NCBI GenBank assembly: GCA_965221165.1
Contig: CBDCRP010000002.1
Location: forward strand, 1,344,001 to 1,408,000
Direction of reading: 5' to 3'
Source of the DNA: a bacterium
GTDB lineage: Bacteria > UBA8248
Length of the DNA: 64,000 bases
Under the pieces are notes generated by a model. That model worked only from the letters and a program-made list of their open reading frames with translations. It searched no databases and was not told the DNA's origin. A program made the position numbers and the translations under genes. Positions 49,755 to 60,169 of this stretch are shown piece after piece. Positions within the stretch are counted from its first letter, which is position 1. Every line of letters starts with the position of its first letter.

Positions 49755-51025
49755 CTTGAAATGCCGGCCTGCTCCGGTCTGGCTCCATCCGGACCCATCG
49801 GAAATTTCTCACAAAGCGTTCTGACGTCTGCTCTCACCGAGGCGATGCGCGCCTCATCCGCAATATCAGCCAGCACGTCGGCTATCCAGCCGCCCACGAC
49901 TTTCATCTCGTCTTCTTTCATGTGGCGCGACGTCAACGCGGGCGTTCCGATGCGAATCCCGCTCGTGAACGCCGGCTTCCTGGTGTCGAAAGGAACTGCG
50001 TTCTTATTCACCGTGATTCCCGCCTGGCCCAAAGCGGCCTCCGCCTTCTTGCCGCTGAAACCGGCCGCGCGCAGATCCAGAAGAATCAAATGATTGTCCG
50101 TGCCGCCCGAGACGAGGTGGATACCCCGTTGTAGGAGCGCGTCTGCGAGCGCTTTTGCGTTTTTCACAATCTGCTCCGCATAAGACTTGAATTCCGGGGT
50201 GCTTGCTTCCTTCAACGCCACCGCCTTGGCCGCGACGACGTGCATCAAGGGTCCGCCCTGGAGACCTGGGAAAACGGCCTTATTCATTTCCCCCGCGTAA
50301 TCTTCGTCGCAAAGAATCATGCCGCCGCGAGGACCCCTGAGCGTCTTGTGCGTCGTGGTGGTGACAATCTGCGCTTGGCCCGCGGGATTCGGATGTACGC
50401 CACCCGCGATGAGCCCCGCAACGTGGGCGATATCCGCCATCACCACGGCGCCCACTTCATCTGCAATCCCTCTGAAGCGAGCATAATCGATGGCTCGCGG
50501 ATACGCGCTCGCCCCCACGACGATAATTTTGGGTCGGTGCTCCCTTGCCTGGCTCTCCACTTCGTCAATATCGATGACGTGGTTTTCGGGATCCACGCCA
50601 TAAGCCACCACCTTGAACCAACGGCCCGAGAAGGTGACAGGATGCCCATGGGTGAGGTGGCCCCCATGAGAGAGGTTCATTCCCAAAAGCGTATCGCCCG
50701 GTTCGAGCAAACCGTAATACACCGCAGCGTTCGCCTGGGCGCCGCTGTGCGGCTGCACGGAGGCGTGAGCCATGCCGAAAAGAGACTTCGCCCGCTCGAT
50801 AGCGAGAGATTCGGCCACATCCACAAACTGGCAACCACCATAATAGCGCCTTCCCGGAAACCCTTCCGCATATTTGTTCGTCATCACACCGCCCACCGCT
50901 TCCATTACCGCCTTGCTCACGTAGTTCTCCGAAGCGATGAGTTCGAGTTCATCCGCCTGGCGTTTTCTTTCATCTTCCATCGCGGCGAAAATATCAGGAT
51001 CTCTCAGCGCAAGTACCGATGACAT
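49751..51025 (-). CDS. glyA: Serine hydroxymethyltransferase
   Basis: [29 protein letters not shown] and [14 protein letters not shown]. Confidence 0.98.
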   Translation of the reverse strand: MSSVLALRDPDIFAAMEDERKRQADELELIASENYVSKAVMEAVGGVMTNKYAEGFPGRRYYGGCQFVDVAESLAIERAKSLFGMAHASVQPHSGAQANAAVYYGLLEPGDTLLGMNLSHGGHLTHGHPVTFSGRWFKVVAYGVDPENHVIDIDEVESQAREHRPKIIVVGASAYPRAIDYARFRGIADEVGAVVMADIAHVAGLIAGGVHPNPAGQAQIVTTTTHKTLRGPRGGMILCDEDYAGEMNKAVFPGLQGGPLMHVVAAKAVALKEASTPEFKSYAEQIVKNAKALADALLQRGIHLVSGGTDNHLILLDLRAAGFSGKKAEAALGQAGITVNKNAVPFDTRKPAFTSGIRIGTPALTSRHMKEDEMKVVGGWIADVLADIADEARIASVRADVRTLCEKFPMGPDGARPEQAGISS

Positions 51026-51195
51026 CGAGTGGGGCCTCCAGACTTTTTTCAGGCGTGGGGTATGGTACGGAATTTCTCGGGCGGGTCGAAGCTAACAAAC
51101 CGACTTCGGGACGTCAATCCCGAAAAACAAATGTGCCATCATGACGCAAGGGTTATAATGATATTCCTAAACTTCCCCCTGAAAAGGATTTCATT

Positions 51196-51660
51196 ATGCC
51201 GAATGAACCCGATGATTTGCTCGACATCACCTCAGACGGGGTTCCCAAAACATCGCTACCGCCCGAGCCGGAGGAACTCGGCGCGTTGGATTCACTGTGC
51301 GATGAAATTTTATCGAGCGAGAAAAACTGCGAGCCATCCATGGAGAAACTGCAAAGCCTCGTGGCGCGCCACCCGGACGCCTTATCCGGCTGGGTGGCCA
51401 TGGGCCGAATTGCGCTCGCAAACGAAGAGACAATTAGCGCATACGCCTACTTTCGGGTCGCCTACCACAGAGGGCTGGACAAGGCCCGCGCCTCGGGCTG
51501 GCGCGGCGATGGGCGCATCCCCTGGGAAATCCCCGCCAATCAGCCTTTTTTGCGCGCCGTCCACGGCTTGGCGCAATGCGCCGACGCCATCGGAGAATCC
51601 GCCGAGGCGAAACGCTGCGGTGAATTTCTGGGAATGCTCGACCCGAATCATCCGTTTTGA
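51196..51660 (+). CDS. DUF3151-like protein
   Basis: AYAY.R..YHRGLD..R..GW.G.G..PW....N..FLR pattern and an E..RC..FL ending. Confidence 0.75.
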   Translation: MPNEPDDLLDITSDGVPKTSLPPEPEELGALDSLCDEILSSEKNCEPSMEKLQSLVARHPDALSGWVAMGRIALANEETISAYAYFRVAYHRGLDKARASGWRGDGRIPWEIPANQPFLRAVHGLAQCADAIGESAEAKRCGEFLGMLDPNHPF

Positions 51661-51769
51661 CACAATGATTTCAACAAAGCGGAATTAAGATTTCTCGGCA
51701 GCACCTAAAGGCAGACGCCGAAACTTATGAGAAGGGAAAGCCCATCTGTTACCAGATGACGTTGCCCGC

Positions 51770-52096
51770 TCACCCGCCCATGTATTGCCCCATCAGGAGG
51801 ACGAGGTCGCCCTCTTTCATCTCGGAATCGAGCGTGTGGTGGATTCCCATGAGGGCATCGTTTACGGCAATTTCCAGGTGTTCGGCCAATTCGCCGGAGC
51901 CGTTGTGCCAAAGCGCTTCATCCAGGGTCCTGTAGCGTCGGCTCATCTTTTTGAGGACGTCCCGGAGCGTGGCGCCCACTGGAACCTGCTCATCGAAATT
52001 CTTGCGCTCGTTCCCGTCTCCACCCACGAAAGTCGACGCCCAGGAGATGAATTCCAGCCGGACATGAATTTCGCCGGCGCTTTTCGTCTCGTTCAT
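51770..52096 (-). CDS. MoaD/ThiS family sulfur-carrier (ubiquitin-like) protein
   Basis: Beta-grasp size, IAVN...L..GD.V and C-terminal GG. Lies directly after the AOR gene. Confidence 0.85.
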   Translation of the reverse strand: MNETKSAGEIHVRLEFISWASTFVGGDGNERKNFDEQVPVGATLRDVLKKMSRRYRTLDEALWHNGSGELAEHLEIAVNDALMGIHHTLDSEMKEGDLVLLMGQYMGG

Positions 52097-52122
52097 GGTG
52101 TCGTCCTCTGGTCGAAGATAGG

Positions 52123-53994
52123 CTAGGTGCTCACGCCCCACAGGGCTTCGGCGACATCTTCGAGGCCGAGTTCACGCAATAGCTCGGGCTTGGGACGGCC
52201 CGTCTCCCTGTCGTAGCCGGCCGTCTCGTACCATATATCGAGCATTTTCTCCCATTGATCCATGATCGAAACGCCCGCGATCGGTCCATCCACCGGCGTG
52301 GAACCGTATCGCTTGGATGGTTTTTCAACCTCCGGGCCGATGCCGCAGCGCAAATTGAACGCGCGCATCAAGGCGTTGATGCGTCGGCCGGTCTGCATCG
52401 CTTCATGCATGTCCACGTCCCATCCGGTGGCTGCCTGAATGGAGCGGCACAAGACATCCATCGGCGCGCGCGTAGTGAACACGCATGCCCCCAAGGAATC
52501 CTCATACGCGCGACGCCCTCTGAGACCGCCCACATGCTTGGGCACCTCCACCGCGTCCTGGGGATGCACACGCGCGGGGAGGCCGTAATCCGTCGGGAAC
52601 ACCGGGGGAGCCGTATCCATCGTTCCGCCCGAACCCGTGCATGTGTCTATCATCTCCTCCCAGCGGGAGCGGTGATCGTGCCCCCTGGGGGAATTGTTGA
52701 CTTCCGTATAGATGGCGCAATCCTGCGCGTCTCCGCCGAGTTTCTCCGCCGCGAGCTTGGTCCCCTCGGCCAAGAGATCGCCCATCCCCTCGCGCTTGCA
52801 GATCATCTCGAGCAATCTGTTCGCCCCGTCGATATCGCCCCACTCCAGGCGGAAGCCGAGGTCCTGGTCCGTGATAAAACCATTTTGCTGGCACTCCATC
52901 ACCCAGCCGCAGAGCCAGCCGAACTCGTTCACGTCCACGCAGGCGCGATCGAGCTGGGTGTTCATCCAGGAGACCTGCTGTGGATCCGTGGCGCCAATTG
53001 TCCAGCCCGCTCCCGACCAGCCTTCGTACTCGGGCTCATCGACGACCTGCCCTTTGTAAGGGCCCGAGGAGATGACCTGCATGTGGCAATGGTGCATGCC
53101 GCACGCGCTACACTGATGGCCACGGTGGTCAAAACCCTCGCGCAGTCCGTTGGCCTCCCATTGTTTCGTTTCGACTTCCTCGGGCCACACGTTCGTCGTG
53201 TAGTTTCGAATCGGGAGCGCGCCCATTCCCTGCAGGTTTCGGACGCCGCCCAGAGTGCCGTACAGATATAACCCCTTGGTGGAGGGATCGGTCTGGAGGC
53301 TGTGGGCAATATCGTCCGCGGCGGCGAAGAGCGCTCTGGGATGGGCGGCGGCGATTCCCTTTGTTCCGCGCTCGATTGCCACCGCCTTCATTTTTTTCTT
53401 TCCCATGACGGCACCGCAGCCGTTCTTGCTCGCTACGTGGCCGTAGTCGCCCTGTATGGCGGCGAAGCGCACGAGATTCTCGCCCGCGGGACCGATGCTG
53501 TACACGCTCAAATTATGGCCGCTCAGATTCAGCGTCTTCTCAAGCGATTGCTGCGTCTCCCAAGTGTCCTTGCCCAGCAACTCGGCGGCGTCGCGAAGCT
53601 CCACCCCGTCATCACGGATGTGGAGATAGACCCAATCGGGCGATTCTCCCTGGAACACGATGGCGTCATAGCCGCAATACTTGAGATTCGCACCGAAAAA
53701 ACCATTCGCCTGGGTGTTGGTCGCGCCATTGGTCATCGCGCCCCGCGTCACCACAGTAAGTCCGCCCGTTCCCCAAACCGGCAGACCCGCCAGAGGACCC
53801 GTGGCCAGAACAAGGCGATTTTCGGGATGATCCCAACCCACCTCGGACGGCACTTCCTCCCACAAAATCTTGGCGCCCAAGCCTGCGCCGCCCACCCATT
53901 TTCTGCGGTCGGCGACTTCGAATTTCTCTCCCCAAGCCTTCCCGCTCGAGAGATCGACCCGGAGGATTTCTCCTGCATATGCGTAATCAGTCAA
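52123..53994 (-). CDS. Aldehyde:ferredoxin oxidoreductase family (tungsten) catalytic subunit
   Basis: ILRVDLS, GG.GLG, IGPAGENLV.FA, GAVMG.K, C..C....C, EPEYE, DSLG.C.F and P..E.LRELGL. Confidence 0.93.
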   Translation of the reverse strand: MTDYAYAGEILRVDLSSGKAWGEKFEVADRRKWVGGAGLGAKILWEEVPSEVGWDHPENRLVLATGPLAGLPVWGTGGLTVVTRGAMTNGATNTQANGFFGANLKYCGYDAIVFQGESPDWVYLHIRDDGVELRDAAELLGKDTWETQQSLEKTLNLSGHNLSVYSIGPAGENLVRFAAIQGDYGHVASKNGCGAVMGKKKMKAVAIERGTKGIAAAHPRALFAAADDIAHSLQTDPSTKGLYLYGTLGGVRNLQGMGALPIRNYTTNVWPEEVETKQWEANGLREGFDHRGHQCSACGMHHCHMQVISSGPYKGQVVDEPEYEGWSGAGWTIGATDPQQVSWMNTQLDRACVDVNEFGWLCGWVMECQQNGFITDQDLGFRLEWGDIDGANRLLEMICKREGMGDLLAEGTKLAAEKLGGDAQDCAIYTEVNNSPRGHDHRSRWEEMIDTCTGSGGTMDTAPPVFPTDYGLPARVHPQDAVEVPKHVGGLRGRRAYEDSLGACVFTTRAPMDVLCRSIQAATGWDVDMHEAMQTGRRINALMRAFNLRCGIGPEVEKPSKRYGSTPVDGPIAGVSIMDQWEKMLDIWYETAGYDRETGRPKPELLRELGLEDVAEALWGVST

Positions 53995-54011
53995 GGTATC
54001 GACCTCCTTGT

Positions 54012-55334
54012 TTATGAAGAGACGGTGATTTCACTCGCCGGCGCCGATGGCCGTCCCAAAATAGTTTCCGGCAGTAAGCCGCCCGCGGCGCCCGAGGCCA
54101 AAAACGCCCGTTTGACGTCAAACGGGTTTCTGCGCAAATGCTCTTTCCACTCCGAGATGTCCACCCCCGTGTACACGAGACCCTTGAGCATCCCCACATC
54201 GTTCGTCGTCCAGATTTCCCGGGTTTTCCCCAAGATGATGGCGCCGGTCAGTCTCCCGCCATGGAACAACAGCTTCCTGTAAGCGGGACGCTCCGCCTGC
54301 GTAACTTCAAAGACCTCGGCGTCCGCATCATCCCAGGCACCGAAGCTGGCGATCTCCAAATCTAGGACATCCACGATGTTCATGAGCAGACTGCCCTTGT
54401 ACGCAACCTCCTGGCCCGCCATGTTGGCCGCCGCCACGCGCCCATGCTGCATGGCGGTGGGTTCGATGGCGTGTACGACCTTCTCGCCCGTGACGGCGTC
54501 GGGACCTTCCGCGATATCACCCGCCGCGTAGATGTTCTCCACACTCGTGCGGCAACGTTCATCCACCAGAATGCCCTGATTGGTCTCGAGGCCGCTGCCC
54601 GCCACCCAATCGATGTTGGGCTTGATGCCCGTGGCCATGATGACCAGGTCGACTTCCAGATCGGGGCCTTCCTTGAACTTGAGGAGTTTGGCGTCTCCCT
54701 TGTCCTCAATAGAGGCCACTTGCGTCGAGGTTCTCACTTCCACGCCTCGATCGTTCAGCCAGTCCTGAACGATTCCGGCGCCCGTATCGTCTATCATGCG
54801 CGGCAGGATGCGCGATTCAAGTTCCACCACGGTGAGCTTGACTCCCTGATTCACCAGGGCGTTCAGAATCGTGAAGGCGATGAATCCCGCTCCGATCATC
54901 GCGACGCGAGCACCCTCGCCCACGCAGGACGCTACGGCGCGCGCTTGGGGAAACGTCCAGAAGCTGTGCACGTTCTTCCCGTCCGCTCCCGGCACGGGCG
55001 CTTTCACCGGCGAAGAACCCGTGGCAATCAGAAGATTGTCATACTCAATCTCGTCGCCCCCCTCAAGAATGAGCTTGTTGGCGGATGCGTCGATTCCCTC
55101 GGCGCGCGCGCCGAGCCTCGCATCCACATTCAACGCGGCGAGCTTGGGAGGGGAGGCGATGTAGACATGTGATTCCGCGATATCCCGCGCCAAATAGTAG
55201 GGCAACACCATCCGTGAATACGGCGTCTCATCCGCAACGAGGACAATATCGGAATCGCCTTTATCCAGTTCCCTGAGGGTGGTGATGGCGTTCCAGCCGG
55301 CGGTTCCACCCCCCACGATGACATGTCTGGCCAT
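54012..55334 (-). CDS. FAD-dependent pyridine nucleotide oxidoreductase (AorC-like)
   Basis: VIVGGGTAG, LLIATGS, IGAGFI and TS..NIYAAGD. Confidence 0.9.
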   Translation of the reverse strand: MARHVIVGGGTAGWNAITTLRELDKGDSDIVLVADETPYSRMVLPYYLARDIAESHVYIASPPKLAALNVDARLGARAEGIDASANKLILEGGDEIEYDNLLIATGSSPVKAPVPGADGKNVHSFWTFPQARAVASCVGEGARVAMIGAGFIAFTILNALVNQGVKLTVVELESRILPRMIDDTGAGIVQDWLNDRGVEVRTSTQVASIEDKGDAKLLKFKEGPDLEVDLVIMATGIKPNIDWVAGSGLETNQGILVDERCRTSVENIYAAGDIAEGPDAVTGEKVVHAIEPTAMQHGRVAAANMAGQEVAYKGSLLMNIVDVLDLEIASFGAWDDADAEVFEVTQAERPAYRKLLFHGGRLTGAIILGKTREIWTTNDVGMLKGLVYTGVDISEWKEHLRRNPFDVKRAFLASGAAGGLLPETILGRPSAPASEITVSS

Positions 55335-55336
55335 GA

Positions 55337-55816
55337 TCAGAGCACCCCCGCAAGCGGCCCGGCGGGTGACTTCGCCCGTTCCGCGGCAAAGGGCCCGACC
55401 CAGTCGGTCTTATCGGCCTCTTGATAAAGAATGGCGCCGGTGGGGCACACGGACGCGCACGCGGGATTTCCCCCGCACAAGTCGCACTTGAACGCCTTGT
55501 GGGTATCCATGTCGTAGAACATCGTTCCATAGGGACAAGCGATGGTGCAGAGCTTACAACCCACGCAAATGTCATCCGCCACATCCTTCGCCCCGGCCGG
55601 TGAGATGCCGATCGCTTCGACCGGACACGCCGTCAGGCACCAGGCCTCGTCGCACTGCGGACACGTGTAGGGCGCGTAGCTCGTGTGGCCTTCGAACGAA
55701 GAGACGCGAATCACCGCTTTAGATGGTTGGAACGTCCCCGTCTGTTCGTATGAGCACGCGAGTTCGCATCGCATGCAGCCAGTGCACTTCTCGGGAATGA
55801 TCTTGAGTATTTTCAT
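55337..55816 (-). CDS. 4Fe-4S dicluster (polyferredoxin, AorA-like) protein
   Basis: CTGCMRCELAC, CPQC...C...CP, CVGCKLCTIACP and KCDLC....C...CP. Confidence 0.93.
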   Translation of the reverse strand: MKILKIIPEKCTGCMRCELACSYEQTGTFQPSKAVIRVSSFEGHTSYAPYTCPQCDEAWCLTACPVEAIGISPAGAKDVADDICVGCKLCTIACPYGTMFYDMDTHKAFKCDLCGGNPACASVCPTGAILYQEADKTDWVGPFAAERAKSPAGPLAGVL

Positions 55817-55975
55817 CGCACCCCCACGATTTTTTGAAGGGGCTTCCCGCATCACATCTCATAGATATCGATGCGGAAAGCACATTGTTGGAAGAATGAA
55901 GACGGCGTCATTCTCGCAGAGACGGACGACCCGGGTCAAACGAAAATCCCGATGTTCAGGCGCACGCACGTAGCA

Positions 55976-56857
55976 TCAACCACCCGACGTCACCAAAGCG
56001 GCCCCCGCCACGACGATGAGCGTGGCCACCACCAAGCGCTTCGTGATGACTTCCAGATCGCGCAGCAACACCACCGACAGCAAAATAACGAAAATCGGGG
56101 TCATGCGAACAAGCGGGGAAATCACCGTGAGCTGCCCATCGCGCAGCGAGGTCCAGAACAACACGGCGGACAAGAGCGCCAACAAGCCCGCCGGGACGCA
56201 CGCCACCGCGATCTGCGCGTTCCAATTAAATTTCTGGGCGCTCGAGGCGAAGCGCGAGGAAATCAGCAAACCCATGTTGGCGATCAGCGTGGCTACGAGA
56301 ATGCCCAGCCAGGGCGCATTCATGGCAGCCAGCCCGGCTTTTCGAAGATAGGGCGTGAAGCTGAAAGCCGCCATCGCGATGAAAGCGAACGTATAACGCT
56401 TCAGCGAATGTCCTCCGGTTCCCCGCTCACCGGTGAGCCAGATCATCCCGATGACGATGAGTGCGATTCCCACCCAGACGCCCGCGCCAGGGCGCTCGCC
56501 CAGAATCACAACGCCCATCACCGCCGCCCCGATGGGCGTCGCCGCCACGAGCGCGTTCGTCCTGCTCACCCCGATGTCCGCGCTCGAGCGAAGAGCGCTA
56601 TAGCGCGCCACGAGATTTCCCACCGCGCCGGTGAAGAGAAAAAAGACGAGAGCGGCCACCCAATCACCCTCATAGATATCGAATAATGGAGAAAAGAGTG
56701 CAGCGAGAACCGCCATCCACCCATTCACCCAAAACGTAATCGTGAGCGCCGAGGCGCGTTCGAGAAATCTGCGGATGAGAATTTGATTGTACGCGAACAG
56801 AAAAGCGCCCAACAGTGCACGAAATTCCGGCGGCGCGTCCACGATAAAATTCACCAT
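55976..56857 (-). CDS. DMT/EamA family transporter
   Basis: About 10 hydrophobic segments, two repeats, LGE and L.DLE ends. Confidence 0.85.
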   Translation of the reverse strand: MVNFIVDAPPEFRALLGAFLFAYNQILIRRFLERASALTITFWVNGWMAVLAALFSPLFDIYEGDWVAALVFFLFTGAVGNLVARYSALRSSADIGVSRTNALVAATPIGAAVMGVVILGERPGAGVWVGIALIVIGMIWLTGERGTGGHSLKRYTFAFIAMAAFSFTPYLRKAGLAAMNAPWLGILVATLIANMGLLISSRFASSAQKFNWNAQIAVACVPAGLLALLSAVLFWTSLRDGQLTVISPLVRMTPIFVILLSVVLLRDLEVITKRLVVATLIVVAGAALVTSGG

Positions 56858-57026
56858 GTCAACGACCCCCTGAAATCCGAAAATCACTCGCATGGAAAAG
56901 ACACTAATAAGGCGGCTGAATCGAATCAGCCATCAAAACAAATGAAGTGATCGACTCGGGCGATAGCACCCATCGCCTCGCCGCCTAAAGTAAAATGGCG
57001 AACCCTCGCGCAGGGCGCAAGAGGAC

Positions 57027-57911
57027 CTACCTGCCCAGTATGACCAGCACAGCGCCCTCCACGGCGAGCAGCCCCCCGGCGATCACGCGCAAATTGATGC
57101 GTTCCAGCCTTTGATAAAAAATCCAGGAAAATATTATCAAGAATAAAATCGAGAGCCTGTTTATCGGAATCACCTCAACGAGCTTTCCATTTTTAATGGC
57201 GAGCCAAAAGGCGTATGCCGATATGATGTTGAAAATCCCTCCGATGATGACCGCCCATACGCTCTTTTTGTTCCAGGTTTTGGGGTTGAGCTCATGATTT
57301 TCAACAAACGGTATGGAGCCGAGTTGGAGAAGCGCGCCCGCGAACGCCGTGGTGGCGATGCCGAAAGCGGGCGAGGGAATCGTCTGAAACGCGAACTTGC
57401 GCAAAGGCGGAGCGAAGGAGAAAAAAAAAGCCGCCAGAAGCGGTATGAGGTAATGCCAAAATGGAGCGCGCTTGCCTCCTGTCCCCCTCTCCTGCACCAG
57501 GAGTATCGCGCCCAATACAATGGCGAAAGTACCCAGAGCAATCGGGAAGGTTATCGTCTCGCCAAGCAGAAGCACGGCCAGCAGAGCGCTCCAGATGGGA
57601 TGGACTTGCAACAAAATCTGAGAACGCGCCATCCCGATGAGCGTGGCGGAGATGAAATTCAGGTTTCTCGATAAAAAATGAGAGCAAAGCCCCGCCAGCA
57701 CAAACCATAAAATCCCCTCCAAGGGCCATTTTTCGAGACCCGCGCCCAGTATGTAAATGGTCGAGGCGTAGGTTACCAGCATCAAGTTACTCAAGAAGGT
57801 AAGCGCCTTGGGCCCCATCCACTGAAGGGCCCCTCGGTAGACCGTCTGAGCCGCAGCCAAAAAGACACCGGATAAAAACGACAAAAAAACCGGAGGGAGT
57901 GATTCGAGCAA
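57027..57911 (-). CDS. DMT/EamA family transporter (start approximate)
   Basis: Hydrophobic two-repeat pattern, P.WSALLAVLLLGE, similar to the neighbouring DMT gene. Confidence 0.8.
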   Translation of the reverse strand: MLESLPPVFLSFLSGVFLAAAQTVYRGALQWMGPKALTFLSNLMLVTYASTIYILGAGLEKWPLEGILWFVLAGLCSHFLSRNLNFISATLIGMARSQILLQVHPIWSALLAVLLLGETITFPIALGTFAIVLGAILLVQERGTGGKRAPFWHYLIPLLAAFFFSFAPPLRKFAFQTIPSPAFGIATTAFAGALLQLGSIPFVENHELNPKTWNKKSVWAVIIGGIFNIISAYAFWLAIKNGKLVEVIPINRLSILFLIIFSWIFYQRLERINLRVIAGGLLAVEGAVLVILGR

Positions 57912-58058
57912 AGGCCATCCAAGAGATAAAGGGATGTAATAAATCGATAGGTGCGCATTATGGCACGAGAAAGCTCCGCCTGAAATCGGCGCCTCCAAGC
58001 AAAACTGGATGTCGCATGATATATTTTGAACTCCTGATTCCATTCGAGGATAGTGAAA

Positions 58059-58733
58059 ATGTCACAGAACTCTTCAAGACCCGCCACGGAAATTTTTCCC
58101 GAATACGCCCTGTTACCCGGAATGTACGCCCGGGAAGTGGAGGGCCTCACGCAAGAACAACTCGATCTGAAGCAACCCGGCAAAAGCTGGGGTCTGTGGT
58201 CAATACGCGAGCAGGTCAGCCATATGGGATACGTGAACTACAGATGGTTCTTGCAGGTTTGGGGGAAATCCTTGTTTAGAGAGGAACTGCCGAGGCCGAG
58301 TTCTCTATACGACACGGGTGGTGCGGATCGTCTCCTCGATCCAGAACGATTTCATGAGATCGGGGATTTGCTCACGGCTTATGAGGACGGCTGCCATTTG
58401 GCTCTGGATATTCTGAAAAACGAAACCAGAGAATCACTTCGGGAAAAAACCAAAGAAAGGGTCGTTCCTCGAAACTACGAATGGCCCTCGGGCGATAAGT
58501 ATATCGACTGGCTTCAAAACGTTGTGCTCAAAATCCACCCCGATGGTTTCCAGCAAGACGAGAATAAAAACAACGTTTTTCACTACAACCTGGAATGGAC
58601 CTTTCGCCATGTGCTCTGGGAGGGGTTTGCCCACCTCAAAACCATCCAGGCGCACAAACGAGCGCAGGGAATCGAGGTCAAGACAGCGCTGGATGACAGC
58701 GTGGGCTACCTCGCCGCGCTCACCTGGGAGTGA
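58059..58733 (+). CDS. DinB superfamily protein
   Basis: WSIREQVSH and RHVLWE..AH..TI His motifs. Confidence 0.75.
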   Translation: MSQNSSRPATEIFPEYALLPGMYAREVEGLTQEQLDLKQPGKSWGLWSIREQVSHMGYVNYRWFLQVWGKSLFREELPRPSSLYDTGGADRLLDPERFHEIGDLLTAYEDGCHLALDILKNETRESLREKTKERVVPRNYEWPSGDKYIDWLQNVVLKIHPDGFQQDENKNNVFHYNLEWTFRHVLWEGFAHLKTIQAHKRAQGIEVKTALDDSVGYLAALTWE

Positions 58734-59262
58734 GCATCCGCTGAACCAAGTTCTCGGGCGCATCATCGACCGAGAATAGATTTAAACTTTTCTGCGAGAT
58801 GAAACCCTCCTCGTGCGTATGGCGTAAAAATCGAAGCAAAGGATCGTAATAGCCACGAATGTTGAGTAAGCCGATGGGCTTTTCGTGATATCCGAGTTGA
58901 AGCCAAGTGAGCATCTCCATGGTCTCCTCCAGCGTACCGAGTCCTCCCGGCAGCGCGATGAACCCACCGGCCAATTCCGCCATCAACGCTTTTCTCTCAT
59001 GCATCGTGTGTACAACGTGAAGTTGGGTGAGTCCCTCATGAGCGATTTCCATGTCCATCAATTTATCGGGAATCACTCCGGTAATCTCACCTCCGCTCTC
59101 GAGCACGGCGTCGGCCAAAACCCCCATCAGCCCGATAGCACCCGCCCCATACACCACGCCGATTCCGCGTGCACCCAAAGTTTGTCCCAGGACTCGCGCC
59201 GCCTCCCGGTACTCAGGCCGAACGCCCTTTGACGAACCGGCGAAAACACATATTCGCTTCAA
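58720..59262 (-). CDS. LOG family nucleotide phosphoribohydrolase (TIGR00730-like)
   Basis: ICVFAGS, VYG.G..GLMG, MHERKALM and PGGLGTLEE. Confidence 0.93.
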   Translation of the reverse strand: MKRICVFAGSSKGVRPEYREAARVLGQTLGARGIGVVYGAGAIGLMGVLADAVLESGGEITGVIPDKLMDMEIAHEGLTQLHVVHTMHERKALMAELAGGFIALPGGLGTLEETMEMLTWLQLGYHEKPIGLLNIRGYYDPLLRFLRHTHEEGFISQKSLNLFSVDDAPENLVQRMLTPR

Positions 59263-59386
59263 GCAAATTTCCTCCCCGACAGCCGCCGAACGGGCGGCAC
59301 GTCGACATTGTGTGATCCTTCTTTCTATTCCCACCCGCTGGGGTGGTTGGCGTCCGTCATGTTACTACCGATAGAATCGACTTGCC

Positions 59387-60115
59387 ATGAAAATCCTCAT
59401 CTGGAACATCATGCACGGCGGCGGACGCCGGGTGCCCGCCATCGTGGAGCGCATCCACAGAGCCAAGCCCGACCTCCTCATACTGACGGAGTTCCGGGGT
59501 ACTCCGCCCAGCTGGGAGATCGCCGCCCGAATAAAGGAAATGGGACTTTCCCAACAACTAAAGACGACATCCGAAAGCCAACCGGCCAAAAACGCCTTAC
59601 TCCTCGCATCACGCTGGCCACTCAAGCGCATTCACTGGAAGAGATCGCCTGAACCCCAAGAGCGCCGCCTGCTCGCCCACGTTCGCGCGCCTACGCCCAT
59701 CACCATCGCCGCCGTTCATGTGCTCAACCGCGTGAGCGGAAAAAAATATCCCTTCCTGGATGCGCTTTGCGATTTGGCGCGTCGCTGGCGCGGGGGCGGC
59801 GCCATGATGGTGGGTGATTACAACACCGGGCGAATCGGCGAGGACGAGAGCGTAAAATGCTTCAACCGGCGCGAAGATGATTTTATGACCACCATGTCGA
59901 AAACGGGCTGGGTGGATGCCTACCGCAGCATCCACGGCCAAAAACACGCCTATACCTGGCGTGCGCCCGGCGGGGGAGGACGCTTCCGGCTGGATCATGC
60001 GTTCATCAATCGCCGCGCGCAAGGCAGGCTGCTCGACGCGCGCATCGATTGGCCGCCGGGAGACCCGAGGCCGCCGAGCGATCATGCCGCTTTGTGGATC
60101 ACATTGAAAGATTGA
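59387..60115 (+). CDS. Endonuclease/exonuclease/phosphatase (ExoIII-like) family protein
   Basis: MKI..WNI, PD.L.L.E, GDYN, YTW, RLDH and SDH. Confidence 0.9.
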   Translation: MKILIWNIMHGGGRRVPAIVERIHRAKPDLLILTEFRGTPPSWEIAARIKEMGLSQQLKTTSESQPAKNALLLASRWPLKRIHWKRSPEPQERRLLAHVRAPTPITIAAVHVLNRVSGKKYPFLDALCDLARRWRGGGAMMVGDYNTGRIGEDESVKCFNRREDDFMTTMSKTGWVDAYRSIHGQKHAYTWRAPGGGGRFRLDHAFINRRAQGRLLDARIDWPPGDPRPPSDHAALWITLKD

Positions 60116-60169
60116 TTCCGGAAGTAGTAGAACAAGGCGGTTTCTTTTGAGCAGACGGAGGAAAAGTCC

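Noticed and set aside
57950-57977. GGTGCGCATTA (XerC-arm-like) and TGGCACG (sigma54 -24-like)
   Set aside because: There is no XerD arm after the spacer, and GG-to-GC spacing is 9 rather than the required 10.
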